Part shown: piece by piece, positions 39,936-49,731 of the stretch
How the letters are laid out: every line of letters starts with the position of its first letter
Position numbering within the stretch: position 1 is the stretch's first letter
Assembly: GCA_036679605.1 (NCBI GenBank)
Contig: JAZDCZ010000419.1
Coordinates: 128,001-192,000, forward strand
Origin: Gemmatimonadota bacterium
Lineage (GTDB): Bacteria; Gemmatimonadota; Gemmatimonadetes; Gemmatimonadales; GWC2-71-9
Length of the DNA stretch: 64,000 nucleotides
Direction: 5' to 3'
The notes under the pieces: model-generated
The model's input: only the letters and a program-made list of their open reading frames with translations
Told to the model about the DNA's origin: nothing
The model's database searches: none
Program-made: the position numbers and the translations under genes

Positions 39936-40541
39936 CTAACCGGATGCCTTGAGCGCAACCTTTACCTGCGTATTCTCCCACTCAAGCAACAATGTAGCCT
40001 CTCCCTCCGATTTGGCCTCCAAACGCATGGTGAACTTCTCTACGTGGTGCTCGAGGTGAGTGCTCATGACTTTGATTCGGCCGACCTCCTGAGTCTGGAC
40101 TTCCTCGGTGTAGTTGCGCTCGGCACCCCACTGAGTGAGAGAGCGGTTAACAATCACCTCCCACTCATGCTCACCCGGAACTGTGTAGAACGAATAGGTC
40201 CCCGGACCAACGTGCACGTCACCAATATCAAGCCCAACCGTGGTATGGACCATGGTCGGCTCGTTGGCACCCGTTCTCCAGATCTCGCCGAACGGCACAT
40301 TGGCACCACCAATCATCGTGCGACCCCGAGCTGACGGACGGCCGTAGCAGACTTTGACTGATCCGCCACCAATCCTCAGCGAAACGGAATCCAACGGACT
40401 TGGACGGCTATCGAAGCCTCTTGTGTTCATGATGATACAGGCTGTATCGGCCGCCGCTGATTCGAGATCGAACGCCAGGTGTCCGCCTCCCACGGCGGAG
40501 GCCGAGAAGAGCGACAAGGCCATGCTAATTGAAATCAACAA
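39936..40541 (-). CDS. DUF2911 domain exported protein
   Basis: RPSP, YGRPSARGR, WRTGANEPT and WENT motifs. Confidence 0.85.
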   Translation of the reverse strand: MLISISMALSLFSASAVGGGHLAFDLESAAADTACIIMNTRGFDSRPSPLDSVSLRIGGGSVKVCYGRPSARGRTMIGGANVPFGEIWRTGANEPTMVHTTVGLDIGDVHVGPGTYSFYTVPGEHEWEVIVNRSLTQWGAERNYTEEVQTQEVGRIKVMSTHLEHHVEKFTMRLEAKSEGEATLLLEWENTQVKVALKASG

Positions 40542-40631
40542 AACCTCCAGGGTGAATCACTTGGACATCACAATCGGAGACGGCAAGGGAAACTAGCCGC
40601 GCAGACCCTTCCCTGCCAACACTGCCGTTGG

Positions 40632-40757
40632 TGTCCGTTATTGGGACAGCATGATTCCGGGATCGGACAAGGTGGTCAATGGATGCTCGTTGTGAAACCA
40701 TGTAAGTGTAGGTTACGTAGGGCGTTATGTGCAACCCGAAGCTGGCACAACCTTTGC
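40632..40757 (+). promoter_or_regulatory. Sigma54 promoter with paired enhancer sites
   Basis: TGGCAC-AACCT-TTGC at 40743-40757; UAS pair at 40632-40669. Confidence 0.8.
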
Positions 40758-40813
40758 CTCTTGAGGCAACAGCTAGAATTGAGACGCAGACTAGACAGAA
40801 GCATGAGGAATAG

Positions 40814-41800
40814 ATGGTTATTGAGAGTCAGGCCTTGAAGAATGCGCGACAGCGGGCGAGCGGAGCAACTTCGCCGGCTGTCGCGCACCTATTGGCCCGA
40901 CTTTCCGATCGCTACGCCGTTGACCGCAAGCTCGGTCAGGGGGGAATGGGAGTTGTCTATTTGGCACGTGATGCCAAGCTAGGCAGACGCGTAGCTGTAA
41001 AGGTTCTCGATCCCGTGGTGTGCCAGCAGATCGGCCAAGATCGGTTCCTCAGAGAGATCAGGCTGACAGCGAGTCTGCAGCACCCTCACATTCTACCTGT
41101 CCTCGACTCTGGCTGTATTGATGGTGTTTTGTACCATATCACGCCGTATGTAGCAGAGGGCTCTCTCTATGCCCTTTTGCAGCGGACTGGTCGGCTGTCA
41201 CTCGAACGCGTGAAAGGGATCGCGTTAGATTTGCTGGGGGCACTCGATTATGCCCACGCCGAGGGAATCGTTCATTGCGACATCAAGCCAGAGAACATTC
41301 TGCTGTCCAATGGCCACGCGATTCTCACCGACTTCGGGATAGCCCGCACCATGAGTTCACTATCACCAAATGAGAATGGCGATGTTTGGGGTAGCCCGGT
41401 GTACATGAGCCCGGAGCAGGCGAGCGGAGAGATGGACCTCGACGGTCGGAGCGACTTGTACAGCCTGGCCTGCGTGATACACGAAATGCTCGTGGGTTCA
41501 CCGCCGTTCACGGGAGGCAGTGCCCAGGCGGTCATCGCGAAGAAATTCAGCGCTCCTGCGCCCGACTGCAGTGCGCTTGCTGCCAGGGTCCCACCTCTAG
41601 TTGCCGCAGCCGTAGTCCGTGCCTTGAGTGTAGATCCGGCTCATAGATTCACCACAGCTGACGCGTTCGCAGCCGGGCTCGCTAAGCGCGCAGAGAAGCT
41701 TGCTTGGCACCAACAAATGTCGTTCACCAGGTGGCGACCAGTGGTGGCCAGTGTCCTCGCGTGCGCCACGTTGGCCGCAGCACTGTCGTTCCTAGCCTAA
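40814..41800 (+). CDS. Hanks-type Ser/Thr protein kinase with C-terminal TM anchor
   Basis: LGQGGMG, VAVK, HCDIKPEN, DFG and YMSPEQ. Confidence 0.94.
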   Translation: MVIESQALKNARQRASGATSPAVAHLLARLSDRYAVDRKLGQGGMGVVYLARDAKLGRRVAVKVLDPVVCQQIGQDRFLREIRLTASLQHPHILPVLDSGCIDGVLYHITPYVAEGSLYALLQRTGRLSLERVKGIALDLLGALDYAHAEGIVHCDIKPENILLSNGHAILTDFGIARTMSSLSPNENGDVWGSPVYMSPEQASGEMDLDGRSDLYSLACVIHEMLVGSPPFTGGSAQAVIAKKFSAPAPDCSALAARVPPLVAAAVVRALSVDPAHRFTTADAFAAGLAKRAEKLAWHQQMSFTRWRPVVASVLACATLAAALSFLA

Positions 41801-41900
41801 TCTAGCTGTAGCGGCCTGGCCTGATTGCCTCGGGCCGGCAAACGGTTTAGCGTCCTCATGTTAACCACCAATAAGATTCTGTCCCTCGCGAGGATTGAGA

Positions 41901-42563
41901 ATGATCACGCTCAGCAACATTGAGAAATTTTACCCCCTTGGTGCGACCAAGCAGTACGTGCTCCGCCAGATTAATCTCACGATTCAAGAAGGCGAGTTTG
42001 TTACTATCATGGGACCATCGGGAGCAGGCAAATCCACGCTTCTTGGCATTCTCGGGATGTTAGACGGAGCATGGGCCGGTGAGTTCTACTTATACGATGA
42101 GCCCGTGCATCAACTCAAGACCAAGGCTCGAAATGCGCTGAACAAGAAATACATCGGGTTTGTATTTCAGCAGTACCATCTACTCGACAACCTCACGGTA
42201 TACGAAAACCTCGACATTCCGTTGTCCTATCGCGACGTCAGGAAGGCTGAGCGTCAGGCGATTGTGGCTGACATGCTCGACAGGTTCCAGATCGTCGGCA
42301 AGAAGGATCTTTACCCAACTCAGTTGTCGGGCGGACAACAGCAACTAGTAGCTGTCGCACGGGCGATGGTGTCGAGTCCCACGATCATACTTGCCGACGA
42401 GCCAACCGGTAGCCTGCACAGTTCACAGGGTGTCAAAATCATGGATCTCCTGAAAAAGTTGAATGACGATGGCACGACAATCATTCAGGTTACCCACAAC
42501 GAAGACTATGCCAAGTACGGCAACCGAATCATCGAACTGCACGACGGCTGGCTGGTGAACTAG
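41901..42563 (+). CDS. ABC transporter ATP-binding protein (LolD/MacB-like)
   Basis: GPSGAGKS, LSGGQQQ and DEPTG. Confidence 0.95.
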   Translation: MITLSNIEKFYPLGATKQYVLRQINLTIQEGEFVTIMGPSGAGKSTLLGILGMLDGAWAGEFYLYDEPVHQLKTKARNALNKKYIGFVFQQYHLLDNLTVYENLDIPLSYRDVRKAERQAIVADMLDRFQIVGKKDLYPTQLSGGQQQLVAVARAMVSSPTIILADEPTGSLHSSQGVKIMDLLKKLNDDGTTIIQVTHNEDYAKYGNRIIELHDGWLVN

Positions 42564-42582
42564 CCATCGTGACCGACTAGTT

Positions 42583-43950
42583 GTGTCGCACTCCTCTCGA
42601 ACTCCGCGCGTCCTAGTGGCCGACGATCAAAAGGACGTCCTCGAAGCACTGCGTCTGCTACTGAAGGGTGAGGGATATCACATCGAAACTGCCGCGTCAC
42701 CAGGCGGAGTGCTGCGACTGGTAGAGGATAAGGACTTCGACGCCGTCCTAATGGATATGAACTACACGCGCGATACGACCTCCGGCTGGGAAGGGATGGA
42801 CCTCCTTTCTCGCCTGAAATCGATGGATTCCAGTCTTCCTGTAATTGTCCTAACGGCTTGGGGTAGCGTCGATGGCGCTGTAGAAGCAATGCGAAGAGGT
42901 GCGAAGGACTACATAGAAAAACCCTGGGATAACTCTCGCCTCGTCGCGACACTCAAGATCCAGATTGAACTGCGTCGTGCGCTACGCAAGAGCCAGTTGT
43001 TAGAGGACGAGAACCGCATCCTCCGAAAGGACGGTGCGCCCGACCTGATCGCGCAATCACGGGCGATGCAGCAGGTCCTCAAGATCATCGACCGCATCGG
43101 ACCGTCCGACGCAAACGTGCTGATTACCGGAGAGCACGGAACCGGCAAGGAAGTGGTCGCTCGATGGTTACACGCTGCATCGGAAAGGTCGGCTCAAACC
43201 CTCGTTGCCGTCAATGTCGGAGGGCTCTCGGAGGGTGTGTTCGAAAGCGAGCTGTTCGGACACGTCAGGGGTGCATTCACCGACGCGAAGAGCGAACGAG
43301 TGGGCAGGTTCGAGCTGGCGGACAGAGGCACTCTCTTCCTGGATGAGATCGCCAACGTTCCTCTCAAGCAACAAGCGGCCCTGCTGCGAACCTTGGAGCG
43401 AGGTGAGGTGCAACGGGTCGGGTCGTCGAAAACACGTCATGTCGACGTTCGCGTACTGTCGGCGACGAATGCCAACATCCAGAAGGAGGTGGCCGACGGC
43501 CGGTTCCGAGAAGACCTTCTATATAGGCTCAATACTGTTGAGATTCACCTTCCCCCACTGCGGGAACGAAGAGAAGACATTCCGTTGCTTGCTGCACATT
43601 TTCTCAAACTCCATACGAAAAAGTATCGTAAGCCGGTGAGCGGATTCTCGGCCGACGCCACACAAGCGCTCCTCGAACATCGGTGGACCGGTAACGTTCG
43701 TGAACTCGAGCACGCTGTTGAGCGCTCGATCTTGTTGGCGCACAACGAACTGGTTGGAGTGCAGGACCTTGGACTCGTCGGCCCAACTGAGAGTGACGGA
43801 TTCATGGAGACCATGACTCTTCAGGAGGTCGAGAAAACTTTAATAGATAAGGCGCTGCGGCGGCATGACGGCAATGTGAGTCAAGCCGCGGAGGCGTTGG
43901 GCTTGAGTCGCAGCGCACTCTACCGGAGGCTCGAGCGACACGATCTATGA
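42583..43950 (+). CDS. Sigma54-dependent response regulator (NtrC family)
   Basis: Receiver domain, GEHGTGKE, GAFTDA and Fis HTH. Confidence 0.96.
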   Translation: MSHSSRTPRVLVADDQKDVLEALRLLLKGEGYHIETAASPGGVLRLVEDKDFDAVLMDMNYTRDTTSGWEGMDLLSRLKSMDSSLPVIVLTAWGSVDGAVEAMRRGAKDYIEKPWDNSRLVATLKIQIELRRALRKSQLLEDENRILRKDGAPDLIAQSRAMQQVLKIIDRIGPSDANVLITGEHGTGKEVVARWLHAASERSAQTLVAVNVGGLSEGVFESELFGHVRGAFTDAKSERVGRFELADRGTLFLDEIANVPLKQQAALLRTLERGEVQRVGSSKTRHVDVRVLSATNANIQKEVADGRFREDLLYRLNTVEIHLPPLRERREDIPLLAAHFLKLHTKKYRKPVSGFSADATQALLEHRWTGNVRELEHAVERSILLAHNELVGVQDLGLVGPTESDGFMETMTLQEVEKTLIDKALRRHDGNVSQAAEALGLSRSALYRRLERHDL

Positions 43951-45299
43951 CCAGGGACGGGAACGATAGATCAAGAATCTCGTTCGACTATTTGATCCCG
44001 GTCCTGGCGCTCTTGGGCGGCCTCCCGGGAGTCACCATAGCTCTCATCCTACTCTGGACTGGTGACTTCACTTCCAAAGTACAGTGGACTCTCACAGCCC
44101 TCATAGCAGCATCGTCGATCGGATTTGCCTTTGCCGTGAGAGAACGCGTAATGCGCTCGCTCCAAACCCTCTCCAACATGCTGGCCGCGCTCCACGAGGG
44201 TGATTACTCGATACGGGCTCGACCTTCAAGAGCTTCCGATTCGCTCAGTTTGGCTATGATGGAGGCAAACACCTTAGCCGAAACACTGAAGCAGCAACGG
44301 TTGGGCGCGCTCGAGGCTACCGCTCTACTGCGGAAGGTCATGGAAGAAATCGAGGTTTCTGTCCTGACGTTCGACAGCGACGGAAAACTCAAGTTGGTGA
44401 ATCGCGGAGGCGAGCGGCTCCTCGGTAAGCCTGCCAAGCGTCTGCTTGGGCTCAGCGCGCACCAACTGGGGATCGCGGACTGCCTGGAGGGAACTACGCC
44501 GCGCATAGTAGAGCGTACCTTTCCGAGTGGAGCCGGCAGGTGGGAACTGCGGACCAGCATGTTCCGTCAGGACGGCCGGTCACATCAGTTGCTGGTACTG
44601 TCAGACCTAACCCGAGTGCTGCGTGAGGAAGAACGGACGACATGGAAGCGCCTTATTCGTGTGCTGAGTCACGAGATCAACAATTCTTTGGCGCCGATTC
44701 GCTCCATAGCCGACAGCTTGCACAGTTTGCTAAATCAAGAACAACGTAGATCGGACGCAGAAGACGATCTGAAGAAGGGCCTGACAATTATCGGCTCTCG
44801 AGCTGAAGCGCTTAGCAGGTTCATGGGATCGTATGCGCGTCTTGCACGATTGCCCCCTCCAACTCTTTCCTCGTTGGATGTGGGAACGTGGGTTCGGCGT
44901 GTCACGGCACTGGAAACTCGACTTCCTGTCAAGCTTACGCCGGGTCAAGAACTGACAATTCTGGCCGATGGAGACCAACTCGATCAGTTGCTCATCAACC
45001 TAGTAGACAACGCAGTAGACGCCGCACTGGAGACCAATGGCAACGTGGAGATCAGCTGGCATACAGTCAACGGAAATCTCGAGATTGTTGTGGCGGATGA
45101 AGGTCCCGGTCTACCCACCACCTCTAATCTGTTCGTGCCGTTTTTTACAACCAAGGAAAAGGGCTCAGGAATCGGGCTGGCACTTTGCCTCCAGATAGCC
45201 GAAGGCCATGGCGGTACGATCGAACTTACCAACGGAAACGAAGGACACGGCTGCAGAGCCGTGCTACGCCTCCCGATTAGAAATGCCCGAATAGAGTGA
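43947..45299 (+). CDS. Sensor histidine kinase (PAS + HATPase)
   Basis: HEINN, N box, DEGPG, FFTTK and GSGIGL. Confidence 0.95.
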   Translation: MTRDGNDRSRISFDYLIPVLALLGGLPGVTIALILLWTGDFTSKVQWTLTALIAASSIGFAFAVRERVMRSLQTLSNMLAALHEGDYSIRARPSRASDSLSLAMMEANTLAETLKQQRLGALEATALLRKVMEEIEVSVLTFDSDGKLKLVNRGGERLLGKPAKRLLGLSAHQLGIADCLEGTTPRIVERTFPSGAGRWELRTSMFRQDGRSHQLLVLSDLTRVLREEERTTWKRLIRVLSHEINNSLAPIRSIADSLHSLLNQEQRRSDAEDDLKKGLTIIGSRAEALSRFMGSYARLARLPPPTLSSLDVGTWVRRVTALETRLPVKLTPGQELTILADGDQLDQLLINLVDNAVDAALETNGNVEISWHTVNGNLEIVVADEGPGLPTTSNLFVPFFTTKEKGSGIGLALCLQIAEGHGGTIELTNGNEGHGCRAVLRLPIRNARIE

Positions 45300-45520
45300 C
45301 CCTCGTTGAAAGCCCCGGTTGTGATCCAACACACGTTTCCGGAGCCGCAATAGGCTAGATTCCATAGCCAATCGCTAGGGTAAGTACGGTATCGTGCCAA
45401 TCGAGCCTGGTGAGCTAAGAACTTGTGTTACAGTTAGTTAGATATGCTATCCGACAATCTGGGCGAGGCTGGTCTGACTCTTGCCCTTTTTAAGTGCTCG
45501 CCGAAACGGGACCACGCTGC

Positions 45521-45970
45521 ATGCGATCAAGCCAATCCGGGTTCACGCTTATCGAACTTGTAGTGGTGCTCAGCATCACGGCAATCCTCATGTCCATAGC
45601 GATTGTCAAGGTCGGCCCTTCGGTCGAGCGGGCGCGGGTACGGCGTTCGGCAAGTCTGATAGCGGCCGACATTCAGTATGCACAAATGATCGCCGCTAGA
45701 CAGCGCAAGCCGGTCGTCATCATCACCAGCGAGAAACTCAAGAGCTACATAATTCGAGATGCTTCCAGCACGACCATCTTTAGAGAGCGATATTTTGGCG
45801 CCGATACTCCCTTCGAACTCAACAAACTGAAAGCTGATCAAAAGAATCTCGTGGTTTTTCCTAACGGTGTGGTGCAAAAGAATGCTAAGTTCGAGGTGGA
45901 GGTGAACACGTACAAGTGGGAGGTCAAACTCACCCGTGCCGGACAGATACGCCTCAAAAAGAAGCCTTAG
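45521..45970 (+). CDS. Type IV minor pilin / pseudopilin (FimT/GspH-like)
   Basis: G|FTLIEL prepilin cleavage motif. Confidence 0.85.
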   Translation: MRSSQSGFTLIELVVVLSITAILMSIAIVKVGPSVERARVRRSASLIAADIQYAQMIAARQRKPVVIITSEKLKSYIIRDASSTTIFRERYFGADTPFELNKLKADQKNLVVFPNGVVQKNAKFEVEVNTYKWEVKLTRAGQIRLKKKP

Positions 45971-46367
45971 GCTCGGGAACGCCAAGGGCGTCTCTCTGAT
46001 CGAAGTCATGCTGGCGCTCAGTATCCTGAGTGTCGCGCTATTGGCGATGGATGCCCTCATGTTCCAGGTTGCGCGCTACAACAGGCGGTCCGCTGTGGCG
46101 TCCTACCGCAGCGCGGCAATGGAGTCCGCGGCCTCTTGGGTACACGGCCTTCCCTGGGATAGCATACCATCTGCTGTGGGGTGCACGGACAGTCTCAATA
46201 CGGGAGCGCTCCAGTATACCCGCTGTGTCGAAATCGTCAGCAGCACCCCACGCTACCGCTTGACGCGTGTGATCATCACACCGACCGGCGCTCTTCAGGC
46301 GCGTGCCGACACAGTATCGGTAGAGCGAACAAAGACGAGGTCGCCATCACCATTCAGCATAAATTGA
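45936..46367 (+). CDS. Minor pilin (PilV-like)
   Basis: G|VSLIEV motif; start uncertain. Confidence 0.75.
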   Translation: MPDRYASKRSLRLGNAKGVSLIEVMLALSILSVALLAMDALMFQVARYNRRSAVASYRSAAMESAASWVHGLPWDSIPSAVGCTDSLNTGALQYTRCVEIVSSTPRYRLTRVIITPTGALQARADTVSVERTKTRSPSPFSIN

Positions 46368-47179
46368 CCAGCCGCGGTTTTACACTGGTCGAACTCCTCG
46401 TTGCGTCACTCGTCGCAGGGATACTGGTCACGGTGCTGACTCGCATCGTAGTGAGTGACTCAAAATTCGTGAGCCGCCAAGATGCGATGATGTCCGCCCG
46501 CCAGACAGCTCGCGCCAGCCTCAACGTGTCGGCCGTGGAACTCAGAATGGTATCTTCCGGGGGGCTCATCGCGGCAGCACCTGATAGCATATTGGTGCGC
46601 GTGCCCTACGCCTTCGGAATGTCGTGCGGGACATCGTCCGGGTTCACAATCGGATCAATGATGCCTGCCGATTCAATGATGTACGCTGACGCGGTGCCGG
46701 CGGGCATGGCACGTCTTCAATTGGACAATACCTATTCGTTTTTGCCTGGCATCACCTTGACGGGATCGGCCGATGTAGCTGCGTGTACGGCAGAGGACAT
46801 CAATGTCGTTCCCGGCGGCTTTCTCATCGCCGTTACCCCGCCAAATGCGGCCGGCGCCGGAGCCATCTTCTACCTCTACGACATCGTGGGCTATCGATTC
46901 AGGCCATCGGCTGATCTTCCCGGCCGCATTGGCCTGTGGCGACGTTCCGGTACCGCCGCCTACTCAGAACTCGTTGCACCCTTCGATGCGAGTGCGAGGT
47001 TCCGTTTTCTCGTTGGGCCCAATCTCCAGGTGACCGATACACCGCCGGCAGATTTGACCACGGTGAATGGACTCGAACTCAAGTTTGTAGCGGCCAGTAA
47101 TTCTCCGCCACAGGGCCAGTCCACATATCAAAATTTCGACCTGCCCCTCCAAGTCGTGTTCTTCAACAAGTCCAATTGA
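46364..47179 (+). CDS. Minor pilin (PilW-like)
   Basis: TTG start in a TTGA overlap; RG|FTLVELL. Confidence 0.8.
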   Translation: MTSRGFTLVELLVASLVAGILVTVLTRIVVSDSKFVSRQDAMMSARQTARASLNVSAVELRMVSSGGLIAAAPDSILVRVPYAFGMSCGTSSGFTIGSMMPADSMMYADAVPAGMARLQLDNTYSFLPGITLTGSADVAACTAEDINVVPGGFLIAVTPPNAAGAGAIFYLYDIVGYRFRPSADLPGRIGLWRRSGTAAYSELVAPFDASARFRFLVGPNLQVTDTPPADLTTVNGLELKFVAASNSPPQGQSTYQNFDLPLQVVFFNKSN

Positions 47180-47184
47180 TCAAA

Positions 47185-48234
47185 ATGACTGCGCGTGACG
47201 AACGAGGTTTCGCCCTTCCATTGACCCTATTGATGCTCACCGTGGTCACAGTCCTGCTGGCCTCTGCGTTCGTGCGGGCACGAGCTGAGCATCAAACCGC
47301 TCAAAGCAATGCCTCGACCGTCGACGCCCTGGCGGTGGCACAGAGCGGACTCCAAAGATACCTCGCGTTCTACGACTCCTTGAACACCAGACCGCCCGAC
47401 GGAGACTCGCTCCGAATAAACGTGCCCGACGGATACGCCGATGTCGTAACTCAGGTGGTCCGCAGCCCGGCGGACACGATGGAGCCCGAGATACATATAG
47501 TCCGCTCGACGGGCCACGTGATTATGCCCGCATCCGGCGCCGACCCGCAGGCGCAGCGCACGATCGCTCAGTTCGCCCAATGGCAAAGTGCCGGCATGAA
47601 GGTGGCTGGATCCTTCACCGCAGCCAACGGATTGCAGGTCAACTCGAACGTAACGGTACGTGGAGTCGACCAGTGCGCTACACCGGTTGCCAATGTTGCG
47701 GGGGTACGGGTGACGGCAGCAGATGCGCCTGCATCAGGCGATTTCTCCTCGCTCAATGGCTCGCCCCAGATCGACGCGGGGGGAGGTGGCTCAGCGGTCG
47801 CTAACGACACTGGAGTCGACTGGGCCGGCATTGTGGCAGGTCAGTTCGAGGCCGACTACACCACTTTCCAGTCGTGGGACGTCACGTATCCGTCAATGCT
47901 GATAACCGGTAATCTTACCCTCAGCGATGCCGGCGGATACGGGCTTCTAATCGTGACCGGCGATCTCGAAGTAAAGAACACGTTCTTCTCGTGGCGCGGC
48001 GTGGTCTTGGTAGGCGGCAAACTCAAACCTGAAGCAAACTGGGTCATCGTGCGTGGTACGATCGCCACCGGTCTCAACGAAGCAATTGGTATAGACGAAT
48101 CAAAGACCAAGCTAGGTGGCCAATCGGGACACTTCTTTTCTTATTACGACTGTGAAATCAAGAACGCGCTCGGTTCTCTAATTGGGTTCGTTCCCATCGA
48201 GAACGCATGGATCGATAATTGGGCGACGTATTGA
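47185..48234 (+). CDS. Minor pilin (PilX-like)
   Basis: ERG|FALP without Glu5; A..VAQSG motif. Confidence 0.78.
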   Translation: MTARDERGFALPLTLLMLTVVTVLLASAFVRARAEHQTAQSNASTVDALAVAQSGLQRYLAFYDSLNTRPPDGDSLRINVPDGYADVVTQVVRSPADTMEPEIHIVRSTGHVIMPASGADPQAQRTIAQFAQWQSAGMKVAGSFTAANGLQVNSNVTVRGVDQCATPVANVAGVRVTAADAPASGDFSSLNGSPQIDAGGGGSAVANDTGVDWAGIVAGQFEADYTTFQSWDVTYPSMLITGNLTLSDAGGYGLLIVTGDLEVKNTFFSWRGVVLVGGKLKPEANWVIVRGTIATGLNEAIGIDESKTKLGGQSGHFFSYYDCEIKNALGSLIGFVPIENAWIDNWATY

Positions 48235-48253
48235 CACTTCGGTCGTCGACCAA

Positions 48254-48889
48254 GTGATCGAAAAAACCACATCCCGCTTGCTCACAGCCGTCGTCGTATC
48301 CATATCGATGGTTCTAGTATGTTGCACAGGCAGCGGTGCACCCAGACCCGGAGAACTGCGGGGCTCGTTGCTGGATCACGCCATCCCCAAGCCCAGTTTG
48401 TCCCTCACGAGCACTTCCGGCCAGCCCTACGAGTTAATACCGAACACCGAAGGCTTCGTAACCCTGCTCTTCTTCGGTTATACCAACTGTCCGGACGTGT
48501 GCCCGATACACATGGCCAATATCGCAGCAGTCCTGCACCAGCTCCCACCAGACGTTGCCGATCAGATCAAGGTGGTGATGGTCACCACCGACCCCGACCG
48601 CGACACTCTGGAGCGGCTGCGTGAATGGCTGGACAAGTTCGACCCCAAGTTCGTGGGGCTGAGAGGGAGCCTAGACGAGGTCAATAAGATCCAGCGTGAC
48701 ATGGGCCTGCCCCAGTCCGTCCGATCGAACTCGGAGAGTGACTATCTCGTCGGACATGCGGCGCAGGTCATAGCCTTCACCAAAGACGACAGCGCACACG
48801 TGGTGTATCCCTTCGGCACTCGCCAGAGCGACTGGGCACACGATCTACCTATTCTCGTGCGTTCCCCCGGAAACAAGTCGGCGCAATGA
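48254..48889 (+). CDS. SCO1/SenC copper chaperone
   Basis: FGYTNCPDVCP, DPDRDT and conserved His. Confidence 0.93.
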   Translation: MIEKTTSRLLTAVVVSISMVLVCCTGSGAPRPGELRGSLLDHAIPKPSLSLTSTSGQPYELIPNTEGFVTLLFFGYTNCPDVCPIHMANIAAVLHQLPPDVADQIKVVMVTTDPDRDTLERLREWLDKFDPKFVGLRGSLDEVNKIQRDMGLPQSVRSNSESDYLVGHAAQVIAFTKDDSAHVVYPFGTRQSDWAHDLPILVRSPGNKSAQ

Positions 48890-49731
48890 CATGGTGGTGC
48901 TCGGCCCAGGGAGGAGTGTGGAGCTGGAACTGGCAGCCGTACATCGGCGTTTGGCTGATGGTCCTGATCTTGATCGTCGCACGCATGGCGGCTCACAAGA
49001 AATGGCCGCCCGAGAAATCGGAATCACGCAAACTCCCACTCTATATGCTGGGGGTTTTCGTGCTGTGGATAGGAGCGGATTGGCCAGTAGGCCCGCTAGG
49101 AGCAGGCTATCTTCTGAGCGTACACACAGTCCAGTACCTGCTCTTTACCTTCGTTGCTCCACCGCTCTTGATAGCAGGCACCTCACCTCGAATCTTGCGC
49201 CTACTGCTACGGCGTCGATTGTCATTTCGCATCGCACGTACTTTGAGCAGACCACTCGTAGCATTCGTAATCTTCAACACCGTACTGCTGGCCAGCCATC
49301 TTCCAGCGGTGGTCGACGGACTAACGGTCTCTCAATTCGGATCCTTCGCTATAGACATGTCATGGCTGCTGTCCGGGTTGATTTTTTGGTGGCCGGTCCT
49401 GGGACCGCTTCCCGAACTCGAGCCCATGCCGTATCCAGGACGGATGGTATACCTCATCATGAACGTTTTTATTCCAACTGTCCCCGCAGCATTTTTGACC
49501 TTCGCACGCTACCCCATCTACTCGCTCTATGAGTTGGCCGCACCCGTCGCAAGCATATCGACCGCACACGATCAACAGCTCGCTGGAATACTCATGAAGA
49601 TAGTAGGCGGTTTTATCATCTTCGGAACCGCGTCGGTGATGTTTTTCAAGTGGAGCAGACTAGAGGAGGATCCTATCGACTTGCTCGAGCCCGCGGACTC
49701 GAGTTCCGCGGGCTCGAGAGCAGTATTCTAG
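48886..49731 (+). CDS. ctaG: Cytochrome c oxidase assembly protein (CtaG, caa3-type)
   Basis: H.VQ..L...APPLL, FWWP and DQQLAG motifs. Confidence 0.85.
   Translation: MTWWCSAQGGVWSWNWQPYIGVWLMVLILIVARMAAHKKWPPEKSESRKLPLYMLGVFVLWIGADWPVGPLGAGYLLSVHTVQYLLFTFVAPPLLIAGTSPRILRLLLRRRLSFRIARTLSRPLVAFVIFNTVLLASHLPAVVDGLTVSQFGSFAIDMSWLLSGLIFWWPVLGPLPELEPMPYPGRMVYLIMNVFIPTVPAAFLTFARYPIYSLYELAAPVASISTAHDQQLAGILMKIVGGFIIFGTASVMFFKWSRLEEDPIDLLEPADSSSAGSRAVF

Noticed and set aside
45385..45400. Minus-strand TGGCAC as a sigma54 promoter
   Set aside because: It lacks the -12 TTGC and points antisense into the histidine kinase gene.
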